Both the position numbers and the translations under genes were made by a program. From contig JBGOZX010000005.1 in assembly GCA_041480425.1 (NCBI GenBank), positions 2,568 through 66,567 on the forward strand: a DNA stretch of 64,000 nt, read 5' to 3'. The notes under the pieces are model-generated. The model was not told where the DNA came from. It saw nothing but the letters and a program-made list of their open reading frames with translations, and made no database searches. Source of the DNA: Bacteroidia bacterium. Its GTDB lineage: Bacteria; Bacteroidota; Bacteroidia; Bacteroidales; VadinHA17. Shown one piece after another: positions 16,297 through 25,483 of the stretch. The first letter of the stretch is position 1; each line of letters begins with the position of its first letter.

Positions 16297-17034
16297 ATGA
16301 AAAAATACTTTATATTATTCATCATGCTGACATTCATAGTATTACCTATGTCAGCCCAGAAAACAAAAGATGTAATCTATCTGAAAAACGGAAGTATTAT
16401 CTATGGAAAACTATTGGAAATATCAGATAACCAATATAAAATTCAGACCTCTGACGGAAGTTTGTTTATTTATTCCTCGGAAGAGGTTGACAAGTTCGTA
16501 AAAGAGACTCCCCGGTTTGATGGCAGAAAAGTAAATGGAGTGGGATTTGCTTTGGAGGCAGGGTTACTTATTGGTGCACAGCACAGTGAATTTGATGCAC
16601 CCTTCAGTTTTAATTTTCTTGTTAACTTTACCAATAGTACCAAAAATATTTTGGCCATAGGATCAGGTGTTGAGTTTCTTGGCTCTACTTTTACCCCTCT
16701 GTTTTTTGAATATAAAAGGTTATTCTATGACAGAAAAACAACTCCATTTGTATTTTTCAGAGGAGGTGGCTTGCTTCATCTTGGAGGAGATAAGGAAAGT
16801 AATAATGATTATAATCCTTATAATCAATATAATTACCCGACTGATTATAAAGGCGGCGCTTCTCTGGGATTTGGAACAGGCATCTCATGGGCAAAAGAGG
16901 AAAGTGAGACTTACCTTACTTTTGGTTACAGGTACGCACAGACAAGCTACAGAGAATTGAACTATAATAATCAAACATACACATATAAAAACTATTATAA
17001 CAGACTCGAAGTAAAACTCGGGTTTAAGTTCTAG
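16297..17034 (+). CDS. Putative outer-membrane beta-barrel protein
   Basis: Signal peptide, alternating aromatic/Gly-rich strands, and a C-terminal LEVKLGFKF ending in Phe. Confidence 0.45.
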   Translation: MKKYFILFIMLTFIVLPMSAQKTKDVIYLKNGSIIYGKLLEISDNQYKIQTSDGSLFIYSSEEVDKFVKETPRFDGRKVNGVGFALEAGLLIGAQHSEFDAPFSFNFLVNFTNSTKNILAIGSGVEFLGSTFTPLFFEYKRLFYDRKTTPFVFFRGGGLLHLGGDKESNNDYNPYNQYNYPTDYKGGASLGFGTGISWAKEESETYLTFGYRYAQTSYRELNYNNQTYTYKNYYNRLEVKLGFKF

Positions 17035-17070
17035 CCCTGATTTATTCCCGTAACTCTGCTATATTTGGGG

Positions 17071-17955
17071 ATGGATTATCAGAAATCTCTTAAAGACCTG
17101 AAGCCTTCTCATGAGTATTTCATCGGTATCGATTCCGATGGTTGCGTATTTGACTCAATGGAGGTAAAACAAAAAGAATTTTTCATCCCGAATGCATTAA
17201 AGTGTTTTGACCTTTTTGCAATATCCAGGCTGGTACGGGAGACCTGGGAGTTTGTAAACCTCTACTCAACTTACAGGGGTGTCAACAGGTTTCCGGCAAT
17301 GATCAAAGTTTTTGATCTGCTTGCAGAAAGAAATGAGGTCAGGGCTTCAGGTTGTAAATTGCCTGATTTCAGCTACCTTAAAGAGTGGGTGACAAAAGAA
17401 ACTAAACTGAGCAATGCTAATCTTCGCAAACATTATGAATCAAATCCGGATCCTGATCTTGAAAAAGTTGTGATCTGGACTGAAGCAGTGAACCAGGACA
17501 TTGGCGAATGGCTTCACGATATTCCGGCTTTTATTGATTCCATGAAGACCATCGAAAAAATAGCATCCTTTGCTGATTCAATAGTTGTATCGCAGACACC
17601 ACTTGATGCACTTAAGAGGGAATGGGAGGAACATGATCTTAAGAAGTTTGTACGTCTCATAGCTGGTCAGGAACATGGGACAAAAGCTGAACATATAACT
17701 TTTGCTGCAAAAAGCAAATATCCTGATGACAAAATACTTTTAATTGGTGATGCATTAAGTGATCTGGATGCTGCTAAAGATAATGGAGTTCTTTTCTATC
17801 CAGTTATACCGGGGAGAGAAGACAACTCGTGGAAAAGACTACTTGATGAAGGGCTTGAACAGTTTGTAAAAGGCACATTTGAAGGTAATTATGAAGATTC
17901 ACTTATTAATGAATTCAGAAAATCGTTACCGGATACACCTCCGTGGAAAAGATAA
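17071..17955 (+). CDS. HAD-superfamily hydrolase
   Basis: DxD motif IGIDSDGCVFD and distal motif LLIGDALSDLDAA. The ATG at 17071 is preferred over the TTG at 17065. Confidence 0.7.
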   Translation: MDYQKSLKDLKPSHEYFIGIDSDGCVFDSMEVKQKEFFIPNALKCFDLFAISRLVRETWEFVNLYSTYRGVNRFPAMIKVFDLLAERNEVRASGCKLPDFSYLKEWVTKETKLSNANLRKHYESNPDPDLEKVVIWTEAVNQDIGEWLHDIPAFIDSMKTIEKIASFADSIVVSQTPLDALKREWEEHDLKKFVRLIAGQEHGTKAEHITFAAKSKYPDDKILLIGDALSDLDAAKDNGVLFYPVIPGREDNSWKRLLDEGLEQFVKGTFEGNYEDSLINEFRKSLPDTPPWKR

Positions 17956-17967
17956 ACCTCCTTTCTT

Positions 17968-18047
17968 TTTCCCCCTGAAGGGGGAAATAAATCCACTAGA
18001 TAATTACATCTTTTCTCCCCCCTGGGGGAGATCCCGCTTCAGCGGGA
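17968..18047. terminator. Cluster of three G/C-run tetraloop hairpins between convergent genes (probably a bidirectional terminator)
   Basis: TTTCCCCC-TGAA-GGGGGAAA (17968-17987), CTCCCC-CCTG-GGGGAG (18015-18030) and TCCCGC-TTCA-GCGGGA (18032-18047). They are enclosed by AAACCTC...GAGGTTT. Confidence 0.5.
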
Positions 18048-18064
18048 GAGAGGTTTCAAATATT

Positions 18065-18718
18065 TTAGCGGGAATCAGTAACCTGATCCGAAATCCATTC
18101 AAACCACGCCTCTAATCCATCTCCTCTTGTACACGAGACTTCAAACAGAGGTATCAGGGCGTTGATATTATTCAAATCTGCCCTGAAGTTCTCATAATTA
18201 AAATTTGTATAAGGAATAAGATCAACCTTATTCAGGAGGACCGCTTTAGCTTCCCTGAACAGCATCGGGTATTTAGCTGGTTTATCATCACCTTCGGTAG
18301 TGCTTACAACTGCCAGTTTAAATGTTTCACCCAGATCAAATTGCGAAGGACAAATAAGATTTCCGACATTTTCAACAAAAAGCAGGTCAAGATTATCAAG
18401 ATCAAATGAATCCAGGACCCTTGAGATACTGTATGAGTCAAGATGACAACCTCCCTCAGTATTGATTACAACAATAGGAATATCGTATTTTTTCAGTCGC
18501 TGTGCATCGCGATCTGTGGTAATATCCCCCTCTATCACACCGATCCTGAACTTTCCTCCAAGTTCTTCGCAGGTACGTTCCAGCAAAGTCGTTTTTCCTG
18601 CCCCGGGTGAGCTTATTATATTCACCATCAGGACTTTTTTTACTACCAGCAGACTCCTGACCTCATTTGCTTTGTTCTGGTTCCGGTCAAGGATATTTTT
18701 CATGATCTTTATTTCCAT
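18065..18718 (-). CDS. hypB: Hydrogenase nickel-incorporation GTPase HypB
   Basis: P-loop SSPGAGKTTLLE, plus EGDITTDRDAQR and ENVGNLICP. Confidence 0.95.
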   Translation of the reverse strand: MEIKIMKNILDRNQNKANEVRSLLVVKKVLMVNIISSPGAGKTTLLERTCEELGGKFRIGVIEGDITTDRDAQRLKKYDIPIVVINTEGGCHLDSYSISRVLDSFDLDNLDLLFVENVGNLICPSQFDLGETFKLAVVSTTEGDDKPAKYPMLFREAKAVLLNKVDLIPYTNFNYENFRADLNNINALIPLFEVSCTRGDGLEAWFEWISDQVTDSR

Positions 18719-18720
18719 GT

Positions 18721-19062
18721 CTACTCTCCTTCTATACTTTTAATAAAAAGTTCTTTCCCATTTAATATATCAAGTTCTTTTGAGCCGCATTCACTACAAC
18801 CAAAAAAATTATCCTTCACCTGAAATTCACAGCTGCAATCCCTGCATCTCATGATTACCGGCACTAATTCAATATTTACTCTGGCATCCCGTGCAATAGT
18901 ATCTCTCACTGTTTCTCTGAATGCAAATTCAAAAATTTCCGGCACAATCTGGATCAACTGCCCGAATGCTATATTCACCATGGTAACCTTTGACAGTTTT
19001 TCCTTATTGGCTGCTTTTAGCACAATCCTAGTAAGATCTTCTGCTATTTTGATTTCATGCAT
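18721..19062 (-). CDS. hypA: Hydrogenase nickel-insertion protein HypA
   Basis: N-terminal MHE nickel motif (MHEIKIAEDL) and zinc site CRDC...CSEC. The start is trimmed to the ATG at 19062; the longer track ORF overlaps hypE. Confidence 0.9.
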   Translation of the reverse strand: MHEIKIAEDLTRIVLKAANKEKLSKVTMVNIAFGQLIQIVPEIFEFAFRETVRDTIARDARVNIELVPVIMRCRDCSCEFQVKDNFFGCSECGSKELDILNGKELFIKSIEGE

Positions 19063-19072
19063 TGTTAAGATT

Positions 19073-20080
19073 TTAACAGATCCTTGGAAGCTGCATCCCT
19101 GCCGGCATTTCAAGAATGCGTTTGCCACCAATCGTTGTATTCAAAACTACAAGTTTCCGGCTGTCGGGGATTATTTCTCCTATTACCTCCGAATTTTTCC
19201 CTAACGGGTGTGACCTGAGAATATCAAGAACCGTTTTATGCTCGTCATCACCGGTAACTAATAAAACCTTCCCTTCGTTGGCAAGATATAATGGATCAAA
19301 ACCCAGAATCTCGCACAATCCTTTAACAGGATCATCAACCGGGACTGATTCCTCATTAATGATTATCCCATAACCGGTCATACGGGCAAGTTCATTTAAT
19401 ACAACTGCAAGACCGCCCCTGGTAAGGTCTCTCATAAAATGGACCTTTTTGCAACTGCCCAGAACATTGTTTATTAAATGATTAAGTGATGCACAATCGG
19501 AAGTTACAGGTGTACGGAAACTTAGTTTGTTTCTGGCGCCAAGTACAGCTACTGCATGGTTCCCAAGAGGGCCATTAATAATCAGCTTATCACCCTGCTT
19601 AATCTTCCTTCCGGTACTAATATGTTCCAGTTCAGATCGTAAAATACCTGTTCCTGAGGCAGTTATAAACAATTTATCACACTTCCCCTTTTCAACCACT
19701 TTTGTATCTCCGGTAACGATCCTTACACCTGCTTTCAAAGCCTCATCTGCCATTGAACCTGCAATTACTTTAAGATCGCTCAGCGGAAAACCTTCTTCTA
19801 TAATAAATGATACAGCAATATATTTTGGAACTGCTCCGGAGACAGCAAGATCATTTACTGTACCACAAACCGCAAGTTTTCCTATATCACCCCCGGGAAA
19901 AAACAGAGGATCTACAACATATGAATCTGTTGTAAAGGCCAGAGTAAATCCGTTTTCTTTAAGAACGGCAGAATCTGTCAAAGGTTCAGTCATGCCAAAC
20001 CTTTTGACAAAAACATTTTCAATCAGATCATGAGTCAGACTACAACCACTGCCATGATTCAAAGTTATAAATTCACTCAT
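19073..20080 (-). CDS. hypE: Hydrogenase maturation protein HypE
   Basis: AIR-synthase-like fold with the diagnostic C-terminal PRIC. Confidence 0.95.
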   Translation of the reverse strand: MSEFITLNHGSGCSLTHDLIENVFVKRFGMTEPLTDSAVLKENGFTLAFTTDSYVVDPLFFPGGDIGKLAVCGTVNDLAVSGAVPKYIAVSFIIEEGFPLSDLKVIAGSMADEALKAGVRIVTGDTKVVEKGKCDKLFITASGTGILRSELEHISTGRKIKQGDKLIINGPLGNHAVAVLGARNKLSFRTPVTSDCASLNHLINNVLGSCKKVHFMRDLTRGGLAVVLNELARMTGYGIIINEESVPVDDPVKGLCEILGFDPLYLANEGKVLLVTGDDEHKTVLDILRSHPLGKNSEVIGEIIPDSRKLVVLNTTIGGKRILEMPAGMQLPRIC

Positions 20081-21158
20081 TCAGCCGGTATTTATAAAAG
20101 CTATTACATGCACCTTCATTTGAAACCATACAGGCTCCAACCGGGTTTTCCGGAACACAACTTTCACCAAACAGAGCGCAATCATCAGGTGTCTTTAAGC
20201 CCCTGAGGATATCCCCACAAATACATAACATATTATCTTCCTGATATTTAACTTCAACAGGCATTGTTTTTTCCGCATCAAACTTCTCAAACTTTTCTTG
20301 CAGCCTGAGTCCGCTCCATGGAATGTTACCGAATCCCCTCCACCAGGCATCACAGTATTCAAAGATCTCTGATAAATACCTCTGAGCAAGTGGATTACCA
20401 TTAAGTGTGACGGCACGGCTGTACTGAATTTCAACATCAGGTTTTTTGTGGTTGACCTGAGATATGAGCATTAAGATTGACTGGAGGATATCGGCCGGTT
20501 CAAAACCGGTAATTACGCATCCTAAATTGTATTTTTCAGGTATGAATTTAAAAACTGCTGAACCCGTAATCGTTGCTACATGACCAGGGCAGATAAAACC
20601 ATCGAGCTTTACTCCATCCTTAATAATTAACTCCATTGCCGGAGGCATTACTTTATGTGCGCTTAGCAGAAAGAAGTTTTTAATTCTTTCTTTCTCAGCC
20701 TGACTGACAGTTACCGCGGTTCCGGGAGCTGTGGTTTCAAACCCGATACCTAAAAAAATAACTTCCCTGGCAGGATTGATCCTGGCAATCTCAAGTGCTT
20801 CCAGCCCTGAAAGAACAACCCTGATATCTGCTCCTTTTGCCTTTTCTTTTTCGAGAGACGATACCGATCCGGGGACCCTTATCAGGTCTCCAAATGTAGC
20901 AATAGTGACATTTTCATTTTTTGAGTAAGCAACAGCTTTATCAATAAAATCTGTCCCTGTAACACAGACCGGACAACCCGGACCTGAAATCAGTCTGATG
21001 TTTCCGGGAAGAAGTGCCGGGATTCCGAAACGATGAATCGACGAAGTATGCCCCCCACACACTTCCATAAAGGTATAGTTATATCTTGCAGATTTTTTTA
21101 TGTGATCTGTCAGCTTTTTTATCAGAACTCTATCCCTGTACTCATCAATGTACTTCAT
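20073..21158 (-). CDS. hypD: Hydrogenase maturation protein HypD
   Basis: Motifs CGGHT, GPGCPVCV, GFETT and CPGHV. Start taken at MKYIDEYRD (21158). Confidence 0.95.
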   Translation of the reverse strand: MKYIDEYRDRVLIKKLTDHIKKSARYNYTFMEVCGGHTSSIHRFGIPALLPGNIRLISGPGCPVCVTGTDFIDKAVAYSKNENVTIATFGDLIRVPGSVSSLEKEKAKGADIRVVLSGLEALEIARINPAREVIFLGIGFETTAPGTAVTVSQAEKERIKNFFLLSAHKVMPPAMELIIKDGVKLDGFICPGHVATITGSAVFKFIPEKYNLGCVITGFEPADILQSILMLISQVNHKKPDVEIQYSRAVTLNGNPLAQRYLSEIFEYCDAWWRGFGNIPWSGLRLQEKFEKFDAEKTMPVEVKYQEDNMLCICGDILRGLKTPDDCALFGESCVPENPVGACMVSNEGACNSFYKYRLNE

Positions 21159-21165
21159 ACCAATA

Positions 21166-21390
21166 CTATACAACCATAGAATCATTCATTTCTTTCAGTA
21201 ATTCCAGAGTCTCCATAGCCTCTTTCTCGCTTATTTTCTGAATCGCAAAACCTGCGTGCAGAAGTACATAGTCTCCAATCTTTGCGTCTTCAATCAAATG
21301 AAGACCTGCTTTAAAAATTGCACCTCCGGCAGAAACATCTGCCATGGTGCCATCAATTGATATAATCCTGGCCGGAATGCTCAGACACAT
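21166..21390 (-). CDS. hypC: Hydrogenase maturation chaperone HypC
   Basis: Canonical N-terminus MCLSIP, with the essential Cys2 when started at 21390. Confidence 0.9.
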   Translation of the reverse strand: MCLSIPARIISIDGTMADVSAGGAIFKAGLHLIEDAKIGDYVLLHAGFAIQKISEKEAMETLELLKEMNDSMVV

Positions 21391-23644
21391 AATCCTGTTT
21401 TTTTGAAGCAATTATTAACTGACCCAGTGATATTCCCCCATCGTTAGCAGGAACAAGGTGATTCGTAAAAACTTCAAACCTGTTCCCACTTAAGAGATAC
21501 GAAGATTTTTCAAAAAGGTATTTATTCTGGAAGACACCTCCTGAAAGAATTACTTTATTAAGAGAAGTTTCATTCCTGATAATTTTTGAAACTTCAAAAA
21601 TTACCTGAGCAATAGTGTTATGGAATTTTGCTGAAATAAACGATATACTATTATGCGGCAAATCTTCCAGGATTGCATTGAACATTTCAGCAAATATCAC
21701 CGTTTTTTCAATTTTGAATGGATAGTAAAGATCTGTTTCACAATTAAATACTGATTCAAGACGCATTGGTGCTTCAGAATCGAAAGTCGATTTGATACAT
21801 AGTCCCAGAAGAGCAGAAACTGCATCGAAGAGACGGCCGGCACCAGAAGTAAGAGGCGAATTTATATTATTAACAATCATCTCTTTAACCAAAGTAAGAT
21901 TCTGTTTGTTAACTGATTGAAAGAGCGGTACAGACTCATAATCTATACTATCCCCAAAGTATTTAAATAAATATGAAAATGCCATCCTCCATGGTTCATC
22001 AACAGATTTGTCACCACCGGGCATCGGGATATAATCGAAGTGCGTAAATCTTGTAAATTTTTCAAGGTCAGCAATCAGAAACTCACCTCCCCATATATTC
22101 CCATCAGTGCCATAACCAGTTCCATCCATACTTATTCCTATAACCTCTTCATCGATCCCAAACTCTGCCATACATGATGCAATATGAGCATGATGATGCT
22201 GTACCCTGACAAGAGGTATTCTTAACTCCTTTTCAAGGACTTCAGCATAATGGGTTGTAAAATAATCAGGATGGAGATCACATGCTAAATACTCTGGTTT
22301 AAACTTGAAAAGATCTGAGAATCTGTCAATTGACTCCCTGTAAAAACTATAAGCTGCTAAATTCTTAAGATCGCCAATATACTGGCTCAACACTGCTTGT
22401 CTTCCCTTACCTATACAAAAACTATTTTTCTGTTCCGCTCCCAAAGCAAGAATGCCTTCAGTATTACAATTCAGGTCAACAGGTCTGGGAACAAATCCCC
22501 TTGAACGCCGGATCAGATTTATCTTATTATCAATAATCCTAATTACCGAATCATCAGCCCTGTTTCTTATCTGCCTGTTGTAGCTCACAACAGAATCTGC
22601 AATTTTCATTAAATGGATCTCAGCTGAAAGATCATCAATAATTATCGGTTCATCAGATATATTACCGCTAGTTAATACTACAGCAGGAGTTTTAAGGATC
22701 CTGAACAGCAAATAATGAACAGGCATATAAGGCAGTATCGCACCGGTTGTATTCAAACCGTTACATACAGCTTCAGATAACTGATTTCTCTGTCTAAGGA
22801 TAAGGACCGGTCTTCGCCATGATTTTAATTCCTTTCCCTCAGCTCTATCAACAAAACAGTATTTTTTAATTTCGGAAATATCCCTGAACATTACAGCAAA
22901 GGGTTTAGCATCACGATGTTTCTTTCTTCTCAATTCAAGAACTGCATTATTATTCAGTGCATCACACATAAGATGGTATCCGCCCAGACCTTTTATCGCT
23001 ACCGTCTTTCCTTCAGCTATCAGGGAAGATATCTTTTCAAGGATCTGTTCAATTCCTTCAAGACTTATATCCGGATCTGTGTAGCGGTATTCCGGCCCGC
23101 ATGAATTACAAGCTATTGGCTGGGCATGGAAACGGCGGTCAAGGATATCATTATATTCTAAGGAACACTTATTGCACATCCTGAAATCTTTCATTGTAGT
23201 TTTTGGACGGTCATAAGGCAGCCCTTCAATAATCGTAAACCTGGGACCACAATTTGTACAGTTGATGAAAGGATAATTAATTCTTTCGGGATCTGTTAAA
23301 AGATCGCTCAGACATTCCTGGCAAACGGCAATATCCGGACTTATTTCAGTAATTTGATTATCAATAACTTTACTTCCAACAATACTGAAACTGTTATAAC
23401 CATCCACTTGTTTTGGATTAACTTCAATTGATTTTATCTGGGAAGCGGGAGGAGCATTTTCCAGTATATCATTACTGAATTTATCAATGGCTTTTAAATC
23501 GCCCTGGACTATAACAGAAACACCATTGGTTCTGTTATCCACTTCGCCATTAAGACCATGTTTAACTGCCAGCCGGCAGATAAAAGGGCGGAAGCCTACA
23601 CCCTGAACCAGCCCTTTGATCAGTATTTCATATCCTTGTATAAT
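21353..23644 (-). CDS. hypF: Carbamoyltransferase HypF (start codon non-canonical or uncertain)
   Basis: Two CxxC-x18-CxxC zinc fingers (CQEC...CTNCGPR, CNKC...CNSCGP), then YrdC-like and Kae1-like domains. The acylphosphatase motif GLVQGVGFRPF is encoded in frame upstream of the track start (GTG 23542). The frame is open up to a TGA at 23648-23650. Confidence 0.85.
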   Translation of the reverse strand: MIQGYEILIKGLVQGVGFRPFICRLAVKHGLNGEVDNRTNGVSVIVQGDLKAIDKFSNDILENAPPASQIKSIEVNPKQVDGYNSFSIVGSKVIDNQITEISPDIAVCQECLSDLLTDPERINYPFINCTNCGPRFTIIEGLPYDRPKTTMKDFRMCNKCSLEYNDILDRRFHAQPIACNSCGPEYRYTDPDISLEGIEQILEKISSLIAEGKTVAIKGLGGYHLMCDALNNNAVLELRRKKHRDAKPFAVMFRDISEIKKYCFVDRAEGKELKSWRRPVLILRQRNQLSEAVCNGLNTTGAILPYMPVHYLLFRILKTPAVVLTSGNISDEPIIIDDLSAEIHLMKIADSVVSYNRQIRNRADDSVIRIIDNKINLIRRSRGFVPRPVDLNCNTEGILALGAEQKNSFCIGKGRQAVLSQYIGDLKNLAAYSFYRESIDRFSDLFKFKPEYLACDLHPDYFTTHYAEVLEKELRIPLVRVQHHHAHIASCMAEFGIDEEVIGISMDGTGYGTDGNIWGGEFLIADLEKFTRFTHFDYIPMPGGDKSVDEPWRMAFSYLFKYFGDSIDYESVPLFQSVNKQNLTLVKEMIVNNINSPLTSGAGRLFDAVSALLGLCIKSTFDSEAPMRLESVFNCETDLYYPFKIEKTVIFAEMFNAILEDLPHNSISFISAKFHNTIAQVIFEVSKIIRNETSLNKVILSGGVFQNKYLFEKSSYLLSGNRFEVFTNHLVPANDGGISLGQLIIASKKQDYVSEHSGQDYIN

Positions 23645-24303
23645 AGTTCAATGTTTTTTAATCCATCAACCTTCATAAGTTTGTGAACGTAATAGATGAC
23701 GCTTTCTAACTCATCACACAGGTTCACGTTATTAATAACCACATCAGGTGGCACTTTAAGCAAAACAGGAGCAAAATTTACTATCCCTTTGATGCCAAGT
23801 CTTACCAGCTCATCGCTTACCTCCTGAGCTGAAATTTCAGGAACAGCAATTATCGCAACTTTTACTCTGAATCTGTCTATTATCTCCTGTAACCGACTCA
23901 TCGAATAAACAGGGATATCCGATCGAATCTTCTGTTTGAACGGATCAATATCAAAGGTCGCAACAATATTCATATTACGCTGAACAAATTTGCTATACTT
24001 CGATAATGCAAGACCCATATTCCCCATTCCTATTAAAACAATATTATGGTCTTTATTGCGATGAAAGATGTTCTCCATCTTTTCCAGCAGGTCGTTTATC
24101 TCATAACCGCCCCTTTTATTGCCCCGAATATTGAATTCTGAGAAATCTTTCCTTACCTGGTCAGAAGTTACACCCGTCTCATTTGCAAGAGTATACGAAA
24201 ACACTCTTTCGACACCCATCATCTTAAGTCTGACCAGGCAGGCACGGTAAAGAAAAATCCTTTTCAGACTGTTTTTTATAACATATTTTGTGATTTGTTT
24301 CAC
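23620..24303 (-). CDS. rex: Redox-sensing transcriptional repressor Rex
   Basis: Winged-helix N-terminus (RIFLYRACL...VSS-like...DQVRKDFSEF), Rossmann motif VLIGMGNMGLAL and GIKGIVNFAP. It aligns with B. subtilis Rex along its length from memory. GTG start. Confidence 0.9.
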   Translation of the reverse strand: MKQITKYVIKNSLKRIFLYRACLVRLKMMGVERVFSYTLANETGVTSDQVRKDFSEFNIRGNKRGGYEINDLLEKMENIFHRNKDHNIVLIGMGNMGLALSKYSKFVQRNMNIVATFDIDPFKQKIRSDIPVYSMSRLQEIIDRFRVKVAIIAVPEISAQEVSDELVRLGIKGIVNFAPVLLKVPPDVVINNVNLCDELESVIYYVHKLMKVDGLKNIELLYKDMKY

Positions 24304-24305
24304 AT
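24288..24305. promoter_or_regulatory. Candidate Rex operator overlapping the rex start codon
   Basis: TTGTGATTTGTTTCACAT has perfect TGTGA-N6-TCACA half-sites (24289-24293 and 24300-24304), compared with the consensus TTGTGAAnnnnTTCACAA. Confidence 0.55.
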
Positions 24306-24470
24306 CAATTATTTTAATTTAGTTTTTTATGCAAGATAAATAATTTTTTTTATTTGAAAATATATTTTTTATACTATTGATATTATGCATATTATGACTA
24401 CACATAAATTCTTTATAATGAAATATAAATATTTTTTATTGATTTTTATTCTCATTGAACTTATTTTTAT

Positions 24471-24488
24471 ATGTGAATCTTCTCACAT
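24471..24488. promoter_or_regulatory. Candidate Rex operator abutting the first ATG of the [NiFe] hydrogenase operon
   Basis: ATGTGAATCTTCTCACAT has perfect TGTGA-N6-TCACA half-sites (7-bp arms TATGTGA/TCACATA). It ends 2 nt before the ATG at 24491. Confidence 0.55.
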
Positions 24489-24490
24489 AA

Positions 24491-25483
24491 ATGCACTATT
24501 TAAGCATCAAAAAGGAAGAATGGGATAAAGCATTGGAACAGCTGCTATTATCTTATACCATTTTCGCTTCAGTAGAAAATGAATTTGGTCTGGACTATGA
24601 ATTGATCAGACCAGCCGATATTTCACGGATATCGTACAATAAACCAAAACCTGCAACATCACTTAAAAGCTTTTTCCTGCCTGTAAAGGAAAATGTTACA
24701 TCAGACAGAATCCGCGAAAAACCAAGAGTAATTTTGGGTATTCCAAATTGTGACATTGAGGGTTTGCGTCTCCTTGATGAAATTTACCTTGACAAAGACT
24801 TCAATGATATCTTCTACAGGAATCGTCGTGAAAATACCATACTTATCTCTTCCGATTGTTTTGGAAAGCAGGAGCATTGTCACTGCTTATCATATGATGT
24901 TAATCCGTATGCAACAAATAATGCGGACCTTTCAGTTATCCGGCAGGATGGAGTAATCGTTTTGCGTGTCATAACCAAAAAGGGGGAAGACTTTGCAGGA
25001 CAACTATCCCTTGTTCAACCCCTGGAAGATATAAATATTGTGTTAGCTATCGACCAGGAACATAAAGCTACGGAAAATTTACTTCTGGAATCAAATAAAG
25101 GACTACCTGATTATTCAGGTACAGGCAGGCTTATCAAAAAAGCTGGTGAAAAGATATGGGAAAAATACTCAGCTCAATGCGTCTCATGTGGTGCTTGTAC
25201 AACGATCTGTCCTACCTGTACATGTTTTCTGCTCATCGATAAACCCGGTTTTGAAAAAGTGAAACAGATGGATGCCTGTCAATATCCGGGCTTTGAAAGG
25301 GTGGCTGGAGGAGAAGATGCTCTTTTTGAGCTCCATAACCGGTTCAGGAACAGGTATCTGTGTAAATATGTCTGGAAGCCTGAGAAATTCAGGTCCAAAG
25401 CATGTACAGGATGCGGAAGATGTATTGAAGCCTGTATAGGAAAAATAAATAAAAATGAATTATTTCTTGAATTGGCAAAATAA
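24491..25483 (+). CDS. Fe-S subunit, sulfhydrogenase beta (HydB) / AsrA-like
   Basis: Cluster motifs CVSCGACTTICPTCTCF and CTGCGRCIEAC in the arrangement seen in Pyrococcus sulfhydrogenase beta and anaerobic sulfite reductase subunit A. Confidence 0.7.
   Translation: MHYLSIKKEEWDKALEQLLLSYTIFASVENEFGLDYELIRPADISRISYNKPKPATSLKSFFLPVKENVTSDRIREKPRVILGIPNCDIEGLRLLDEIYLDKDFNDIFYRNRRENTILISSDCFGKQEHCHCLSYDVNPYATNNADLSVIRQDGVIVLRVITKKGEDFAGQLSLVQPLEDINIVLAIDQEHKATENLLLESNKGLPDYSGTGRLIKKAGEKIWEKYSAQCVSCGACTTICPTCTCFLLIDKPGFEKVKQMDACQYPGFERVAGGEDALFELHNRFRNRYLCKYVWKPEKFRSKACTGCGRCIEACIGKINKNELFLELAK

Noticed and set aside
17060-17067. TATATTTG promoter -7 box upstream of the HAD gene
   Set aside because: It matches TAnnTTTG but ends only 3 nt before the ATG at 17071, which would imply a leaderless transcript. 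It cannot be distinguished from chance in AT-rich DNA.
18721-19131. Extended 136-aa version of HypA, and the extended HypC/HypD starts at 21411 and 21185
   Set aside because: The extensions overlap upstream genes and precede the canonical N-termini (MHE for HypA, MCLSIP for HypC, MKYIDEYRD for HypD). The internal ATGs were chosen instead.
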